Below are positions 56,063 to 64,000 of a stretch of 64,000 nt of DNA, piece after piece. Under the pieces are notes generated by a model. It saw only the letters and a list, made by a program, of their open reading frames with translations, was not told the DNA's origin and ran no database searches. Origin of the DNA: the human T2T-CHM13v2.0 reference genome, Homo sapiens. The stretch lies in the NCBI RefSeq assembly GCF_009914755.1, contig NC_060935.1; one strand, written 5' to 3'. A program made the translations under genes and the position numbers. The stretch's first letter is position 1. Every line of letters starts with the position of its first letter.

Positions 56063-58689
56063 AAGCCCTGCTACATTTCAATGACCTAAAAACTGTTGTG
56101 GCAAGGCCTTGATGACAGGCATAAGTGCTTAGTACTATACAGACACAGATTAGACATTTAATAGCTGTGACCATTGAACAAATTAATGTATTTTGGAAAC
56201 AAAGGGAAAATATATCAACCAGAAGTGCTCACAGATTTAACTCATGTAATAAATACAGTAGATTATTGAGCACAAACTATATACCGGACATATTCTAGGT
56301 TTTTAAAAAGGGTATGTTATTTGAAATCCAAATATTCCAATGTAGAGATTTTTATGATTCTCTTTTTGCAAATGAGAAATTAAGACAAAAACTTATCTAA
56401 TATATATAATATATTGATACCTGAGATTTAAACCTCAGTGGAAGAATTTATACAGTCTTCTAGTATAGTGAACTTTCTCCCTATTCAACTTTTTAAATAA
56501 ATACAATTTCTTTAGTGTTGGTAAAATAACATTGCAAGTATATTGAGTATTAACTGTAGCTCCATAAATAATAATCCACAAATAGAGGCCATTCTTTATT
56601 CACTGTCACTACATTTAGATAGTTTATAGTAGACAAGACATCCTGAGAAGAGTTGTTTGAGCTTTTTTGTTATATAATAAGGAAAATATTAATTTCTATT
56701 CTGCTTTAGGGAATTTTGGGGTGAGAGCACATTGGGATCATTAGTTGCTTCTCAGTGAAGGCATAGACACTTCAATAGGTTCTCAATAGGCATCAAATCA
56801 CTATTTTGCATTTTTGTGATAACATAATTGAATAGACATGTTGGCATTGTCTTGGTATAATATAGTAATTAGGTGGTAAAGCTAGAACCAGTGATATCTC
56901 CTGTGTTCCAAAAATCAATTAACTTACTTCAGCACTGCCTGCATGACAAGCCTATTGCACTTAACAGAGATCACTTTAGAACAAGGTTCTTCCTTTAATG
57001 TTGGAATCATTTAGTCATTACTTGACATTATAAATTCATTGAGTGTTGATTAATGTCTAATGCCCAATGTAATACCAGGAAATACATGAAGGATATTAAA
57101 TCTTAAAAATGCTTTGGTGTAATAAATTGTTAATTCACTGATAAATTTAAAATATCATTGGGAAAGCCTCTTGGTATGTTTGACAGTAGTGTCCACTCTA
57201 ATGAAATCAGCTGTAGCAATATTAAAAATCTAAGGAAATGCAAGATATTTGCTTTTGTATTTTAAATTCATGCTGAATTTTTTTTCCACTTAAATTCTGA
57301 TGTACTTGTTTAAGATAGATTTTGTTCCACAGGGATTCACATTTTTCTTGTAGTTGAAACAGTCATCTATGGAAGGCGATGTTTCCATAGATGACTGATT
57401 ATACTTGTTATAGTGGCAAGTACTATCATGTGGTCAGTTATCTTTGGTTATTATCATATCCCAGATACTAAATAGTGAACGATATCATTTACAAGTCACT
57501 TATTCTCTCTGGGGTCCAAGTTTTGTATTCTGTAGAACAATTAATTTCCCTTACATCTCTTAAATGTCTAATTTTCTAATGTGCACAGTGTGGTCTGAAG
57601 AAACAGAATTTGAGGCACTAAAATTTGTTCATATGGTTATTTTGAGTGTTATAGATTTCCCCAGGGTAAAACAATTAGACTTGGGAAAAGAAACTATTGA
57701 TAGCTACTTTCTAAAATTAACATTTTATTAATATCAGAAATAATGATAACTTTGCCGATGCCACAATATCCATGAATCAGATACATCTCTCTAGGGACAG
57801 AGTTATAGATTGCCATTCACCTTTGTGTTGTTCTTCAAAGCTCTGCATATTGGAAACAAAAGTCATCTAAGCAATTCAAAGAAAACAGGTTATTTATATG
57901 TTTTATTTTGCTGTCTCATCTTCCTCCCCATCTGAATGATATAAATGTTTATAAATAATTTACTATAAGAGAAGAGATGTGATCTTTACTCTGTCTGGTT
58001 AATTAAGAAAATGATCTAACATAAGATAATGCCTCCAGGTATACATGTGTGTGGAAAGTGTGTGTTGAGGGAGACAAGATAAATACATTTAAGTAAAGTT
58101 GTTTTAAATGTCTAGAAGAAATGGAGGTATCAACAAACTAGCCAGTCAGTTATAGAAATAGTATCTTCCATATCTTTTTTTTTAATGTGTAACCCAATAC
58201 TCAATTTACCTAGTAATTTATACAATAAATGTAGATGGCAACATTTCAAGTAAAATATTTCTAGATTTAAAAAATGAATTTGGCTTTCTCACCTACGTAA
58301 GTATCTCTTTGGAAATTGCTGATTTCTAGGGCTATAACTATAACAATTGTCAAGCAGAGAGAATCAATGCGTTCTTTATTTTATGTGGACGTACAAATAT
58401 GTAGCCTAATAATCCAATATGAAAACACAGTAGGAATGGTAACATTTTTAAATTTTTTTCATGTATGGTAGTAACATGTGTTTTCCATACAACGCCTAAG
58501 TGGTGGTTGGAAAGCTTCCTTTATCCATGGCTATATGGAGAAGCTTTTGTGTCCTGTCGTGAGGAAAACAGTGAGAGAGATAAATATGATAGATAAAGGT
58601 TTAATATGGAATTATTTTAGAAAAGCAAATCATAACTTTTTAGATCCAAGTGACTGAAAACTTCTATATGTAACTTTGATTTACATTTC

Positions 58690-59180
58690 TTTCTCTTTCA
58701 AATTGCATCTTTATCAGGACCCTCAATTCTCATTTTATTCAAATAGTCTTCCTTGACTTCTGAGACCCATCATTCTCTTGATTCTCCCTCCTGATTTTCT
58801 TTATCTCTCTTCACTTCTTACTTTTGTTACCTTGCACTTATTCTTCCACTGATAACTTCATATTGCCTTTTGTTTAGGGGCCATTCATGAATCTCTCATC
58901 TTTTCGTATACACCCTTTTTATGCGGATTAGATCATTTTCCCAGACCTTAACTATAGCTTATTTGTCTAGGCCAGGTATCCTTGAGTTCTGCTCCTCAAC
59001 TGTCAGTTACTTAATGAGTTGTTTAAACAAACAAACACACAAACAAAAAACACACAAAAAAACCCCAAAATCACATCTCCAAATTAATTTTAAAAGCATT
59101 ATTCCAGAAATTATTTTGAATAATCATATTTCATCAACCAGTAACATTTATCTTATATATAACTAAATTCCAAACCCAAA
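58690..59180 (+). mobile_element. L2 fragment
   Basis: cttccttgacttctgagacccatcattctcttgattctccctcctg. Confidence 0.55.
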
Positions 59181-59229
59181 TGGCTTAGGAAAAAAAAAAA
59201 AGAAAAAAACATCTAATGTCTCATATAAA

Positions 59230-60570
59230 TTAGTGGCAGAAATTTACACTTCAATTAGGAGTGTATAAACATCCCCCTAGACCTATCATCTCACAAACGC
59301 TTGATATTAAAACTTTTAAATTACTTTTTTCATTTGGTGAGCATAAAATATTAACCCATTGTGGCTTAAAGTTTAATTCGCTAGTTACTAATCAATTAAA
59401 TTGTCCTTTCTCAGGTTTTTGATTCTTTATATTTTTTGTTCTGTGAAAAGCCAGTTAAAGTTTTTACTGAATTGATATTTCTTTATATAGTCTATGCTCT
59501 AATTCATTGGAGACATTGTGTTGCAAATAATTTCTCCTGATTACAATGAAGTTGAATATATTTTAATATTCATCTTTTCTTTATGGTTTGTACATTTTGT
59601 GTCTTCTTCATTAATATTCTTATTATGATGCTATAGCAAGTTCTCTTAAATCTCTTTTTTTTTTTGGCTTTCACATTTAAGTAGAGTTCTGTTTATGGGT
59701 TCCCTTATATATATTTCATTAATTCGTGATATGGTTTGGCTGTGTCCCCACTCAAATCTCACCTTGAATTGTAATAATCCCCACGATTCAAGGGCAAGGC
59801 TAGCTGTAGATAATTGAATCATGGCATTAGTTTCCCCCATACTGTTCTCATAACAGTGGATAAGTAGTGAATAAGTCTCACGAGATTTGTTGGTTTTATA
59901 AATTGGAGTTCCCCTGCACCAGCTCTTTGCCTGCTGCCGTGTAAGAATGACTTCGCCCCTTATTCACCTCCCACCATGATGTGAGGCCTCCTCAGCCATA
60001 TGAAACTGTGAATCCATTAAATCTCTTTCCTTATAAATTACCCAGTCTCAGATATGTCTTTATTAGCAGCATGGGAACAGACTAATAGCATTCATTTGGC
60101 CATATTTACGTCAACAACGTATAGCCATAATTTCCATATTTTTGTAATAAATTTGTATACCTTGTTCTTTTTTAAGAGTGTTTGACTCTTAAGAGTTTAT
60201 TTTGTTGCTTGTACTTCTATGTACATTTTAAGATTAACTTGATACATTTCACCTAAGATTTTTTTATTTAATTTTACTAACTACATTGGTCAATTTGAGT
60301 TAGTTATTTTTAGATAATTGACTCTTCCCACCCCTGAATATGATCATTCTATTTCTTTATTTAGATTGTATGCACTCTGATAGCATTATCCCTCGTTGCT
60401 GTATAATTTTTATTATACATATAATGGGTATTTTTATATTGTTTTCACACTCGTTCCTCGTGTGCATATATGCAGTTGATTGTATGTGTTTACTTTGCAC
60501 CCAGCAACTTTTATAAAACTCATTAACTATAATAGTTTATCTATGGATCCTTCCCTGTTGTCTATATGAA
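59230..60570 (-). mobile_element. L1ME fragment split by a THE1 LTR
   Basis: aaatttacacttcaattaggagtgtataa...cattgtggcttaaagtttaatt...ttgttgcaaataatttctcc. Continues after 60090. Confidence 0.65.
59727..60089 (+). mobile_element. MaLR solo LTR, THE1 (THE1C/B-like)
   Basis: tgatatggtttggctgtgtcccca...ataaattacccagtctcag...gcagcatgggaacagactaata. 5 bp TSD attcg/attca. Confidence 0.96.
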
Positions 60571-60591
60571 AATGTATTAACACAAATATAC

Positions 60592-60594
<3 letters not shown>

Positions 60595-60627
<33 letters not shown>
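60595..60627. repeat. (TA)16 microsatellite
   Basis: Uninterrupted TA run. Confidence 0.97.
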
Positions 60628-60630
<3 letters not shown>

Positions 60631-62468
60631 GTAGAACATATGCATAGGCTCTATGCATTAATATATACATACACATGCTCATCATATATTGTGAAACAAT
60701 GTTTAAATAGCAACCTGTTATAAATCCAAAATAATATTTATAATTTGGCTTTTTTCATTTAAAAGATTGCAGTAACACACAGTGGCATTCTAAGTTTCAA
60801 ATAATGGTTACCAATGGTAATATTAAATTAATGCTATATTAGATCATACAAAGAAAGAATTATGGTGGACTGGGGTGGTTGAACGTTACTTAATGGAGGA
60901 ACTTATGTTGTAGAGGAGAGATGAACAGGTATGGATGGATAAAGTATTCTAGGGAAGAAGAAACATAAAGACTTAGTTTAAAAAAATTATACTTGCACTG
61001 AATAACATGAATATTCAGTGATGTATTGCTTTCACGAAATAGGGTGAATTCTGTGAACTTAAATATTAAGTACTGCCGAAATACATCATGGAAACTCAGT
61101 TGAGAATTATTTGTTATGAGAAAAGTAGTCATTTTGTTTTTCTCCAATTTGGAAAATTAAATCATGAGGAAATAGATTTTGCATCAGTAAAATGTATCTT
61201 TACATTAATTGAAGCTATTGCTTTGGCTAATTTTATTTTCTGCTACTTACAAAGGCAGTGATAAAAGTAGTAATATGAACTATATTTGTCCCAGATTCCT
61301 TATTACTGAAGTTGAATTGTTGATACCTTGAATGTTCCTATTTTAGTAATTTTAGTTTCATGATAACAAAAATATCTCAGTCAGAGTATGATTTATTTCA
61401 ATATATACATGGAAGTGTTTAAATCAACAGATTTTAATAATAATGTATGCTATCATTTAATTAACTTATTGTGGTCATTGAATATTATTGACATCATAAA
61501 TTTTTCTCATGTTACCCCAATATTAACAAAGAGTAAAATGTGCTTAATAAAAGGTGAACCCTGAAAATAATTAAAAAGCAGGAGGTTGAGTTCCAATATT
61601 TCTGTAGGGGGAAAATTAAGCATTTATTTTGGCCAAAGAATCTTTTTCCTTTGACTAGTATACTATTTTGAACAAGCCGATGTTTTCTTAATGAGGTTTA
61701 GCAATGTTAAATTATGTGGAAAAACTAAGATACTTATCCAACAAGAACAAAATAGAAAGGGGTAAGGCCAATATTTGTCAAGAAACTATTTCTATTATAT
61801 ATATATTATACTTAGCAACATGTATAGGGTGAGTCACCTGTGCATTACTTGAATAGAATAGAACATCAAACATTTGTTTGGTGAAAACTGCAGTTAATAT
61901 TAATGCCAGAAAAGAGTTAATGATTTGGGGATGATTATTTTTAAAATATATCCAGAAAATGAAACAGTTGATGAATAGTAATTAAGCGTATAGTTATTTA
62001 ACTATATGTAACGAATAGTATTTAACATATAGTTACTATTTTGGGTGAACAACAATAAAAGTTGAAGGGGATAAATTATTGTGGGTATTTGGAATAAATA
62101 TATTTTATGACATACAAAGTGAAGAAAGCTTTTACCAACGTAAATTCTGTTTAAAGATTTTAGAATGCCTAATAATATTACACTAATATAATTAATAAAT
62201 TAATTAAATAAATACTTTAGAGTCACATATATGAGATACAAATCTAAGATTGCTATCATTTTACCATATGAATTTAAAAACTGCAAATAGATATTCAGGA
62301 GATTAACGGACCACAAAAAAATTTACATCTATTTGTTAGTTAATGAAAAATAAAGAGCTAGTTTCTAATTTGAAAGCTTCATAGTAAGTATGAATTAAAA
62401 GAATTGTGCATTTTTTACAAAATAAAAATATGGTCATTATAATTTTGTAATATTTATTTATATATTTT

Positions 62469-62552
62469 ATATATACACACATACATGCATAAACACACAC
62501 ACGCACACACACACACACGCACACGCACACACATGCACACGCACACACACAC
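62469..62552. repeat. Imperfect (CA)n with CG/TA interruptions
   Basis: Largely alternating purine-pyrimidine tract. Confidence 0.93.
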
Positions 62553-63649
62553 CCCACATTGGGTGCTCTTTCGTTTCTCCACTCTGATAAAGCTTTATAC
62601 TTGATATAGTTCAGCAACAGTTCTTTTTAAAGATAAGGAATTTAATAGTGACACCCTGAAATTGTGATTGTTTAAATCTATAAAGAATTTGGGAGCAAAA
62701 TCAAAAATGATCAGTAGGCTAGAAATATTTCTATCATTAAATGACAGATAGTATTTTCTTGTTTTACAATTTCTATGAAGAACATTTACAATTAGAAAAC
62801 ATATTCAATATATTCTGAGTTTTTGTTACAAATCAAAAATAGAAAATAAAATGAAGTGAAAAACTATTTTATCTGGTGTTTTACCCATTTTAGAGGTTGA
62901 GGACACATTTTCTATAGCTTTGATTTGTTTATTATATATCTGGACATCTAGACCCTTTATAGTGTATACAAATGTCAAGCATTTAGATTTTTATAAATAG
63001 AGACTTTCTCTGGTCTTACTGTACAATTTCTTAGAGAAATGAGTGTTCCTTTGAATTGAAAGAGCCCTGCAGCTGTGTTTGATAGAACTGCCAAAAGCCA
63101 TCTATAAAACTATTAAGAGTGAAGAACTATTACAGTTGAATTCAGCATTTTATATATATGTTTTGTTTGACCACAAATAGCAACTGGATTGTAAAGCCTT
63201 TTAGTTATTTATAATGCATTTATATCATAAGGCTTGGTGGTGATATTAATAAAGGATATTATCAAAATAGAATGCTAGGTAAAATACTATAAATATATAG
63301 ATATATTTATTACCAATGGAAAATGATTACATAATTTATCAAAAATATATTTATGCCAAAGTTTTCCTGTAAGCAAGGGACTCTTTTCAGTGGCTTCTAT
63401 TAAACTTAGGGTACAGCATATAAAATAAAATTACAAGAACTACATAGATAATATAAACAGAACAAATTAATGAAACTGAATTCACAAACTATACAAAAAA
63501 TTATTACGCAATACCTTCTATGTGTTTCTGTGGTTTTATAACATCTACCCTACAATCACACATGAACTCTCCTTCAAAATGTTTAGAACATATTAAAAAA
63601 AGGACAAGTAAATGTTTGCACATATTCCAAGATAGATGCACACCTTAAA

Positions 63650-63780
63650 AATAAGGTAATGACATTATGATGGTGCTAAGGAGGATACTAATAAAAATAA
63701 TACTGATTAAGCTCTTTGCCCAAATCATTCAGATGCCAAATGACAGAGCCAGATTCAGATTCGGGTCTGCATTTTTCTCA
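63650..63780 (-). mobile_element. MIR fragment
   Basis: gattaagctctttgcccaaatcattcag...aaatgacagagccagattcagattcgggtctg. Confidence 0.65.
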
Positions 63781-64000
63781 GGGTCTGTTACATGTGTTAG
63801 AGAAGGTGCACATGGTTCAGAAGAAAGGTAAGAACAGAACAAAATCTGGGAGAATTCAACAAATTTATTTCCATTCTCTATTAGATTTAGGAATAAAAAC
63901 TCTATTGTTTGCAGAGCATCTTCACAAATATTTACTCTGGAAAAGGTGCCATGTGAATAAAACCAGGAAGGAATGGTAGGTCAAATTCCATTTCACATGT

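Noticed and set aside
61828-61840. AP-1 site (TGAGTCA) in ggtgagtcacc overlapping an E-box
   Set aside because: A 7-mer expected several times by chance in 64 kb; no supporting context.

Overview
AT-rich, repeat-dense primate (catarrhine/human-like) non-coding genomic DNA, either gene desert or deep intron. I can support no protein-coding gene, RNA gene, CpG-island promoter or CRISPR array. Most ORFs in the track are explained by Alu, L1 ORF2 remnants, MaLR LTRs or simple repeats; the rest are short, unrecognisable frames. The window holds 11 Alus (one 5'-truncated), three ~1.9-2.0 kb minus-strand L1PA 3' fragments with TSDs, several older L1M, L2, CR1/L3 and MIR fragments, MaLR/ERVL solo LTRs (MLT1D/H/J, MSTA, THE1, LTR16-like) and DNA transposon fossils (MER5, MER20, MER94-like, a Tigger/pogo transposase C-terminus). 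I found no convincing new gene system. The most unusual signals are DNA-repair and rearrangement fossils: (1) a ~280 bp circularly permuted copy of a segment 6 kb upstream (34779-35213 copied to 40707-40990); (2) a ~115 bp templated copy 4.6 kb from its source (5801-5913 vs 1182-1297); (3) a twin-primed, 5'-inverted L1MA with a fold-back, tandemly amplified junction nested in MER5A1; (4) a near-pristine AluY with no TSD; (5) three L1PAs of different ages truncated at nearly the same ORF2 position. There are also several perfect palindromes/hairpins and a speculative minus-strand splice pair. Subfamily names come from remembered consensus motifs and identities are hand counts, so both need RepeatMasker/alignment confirmation.
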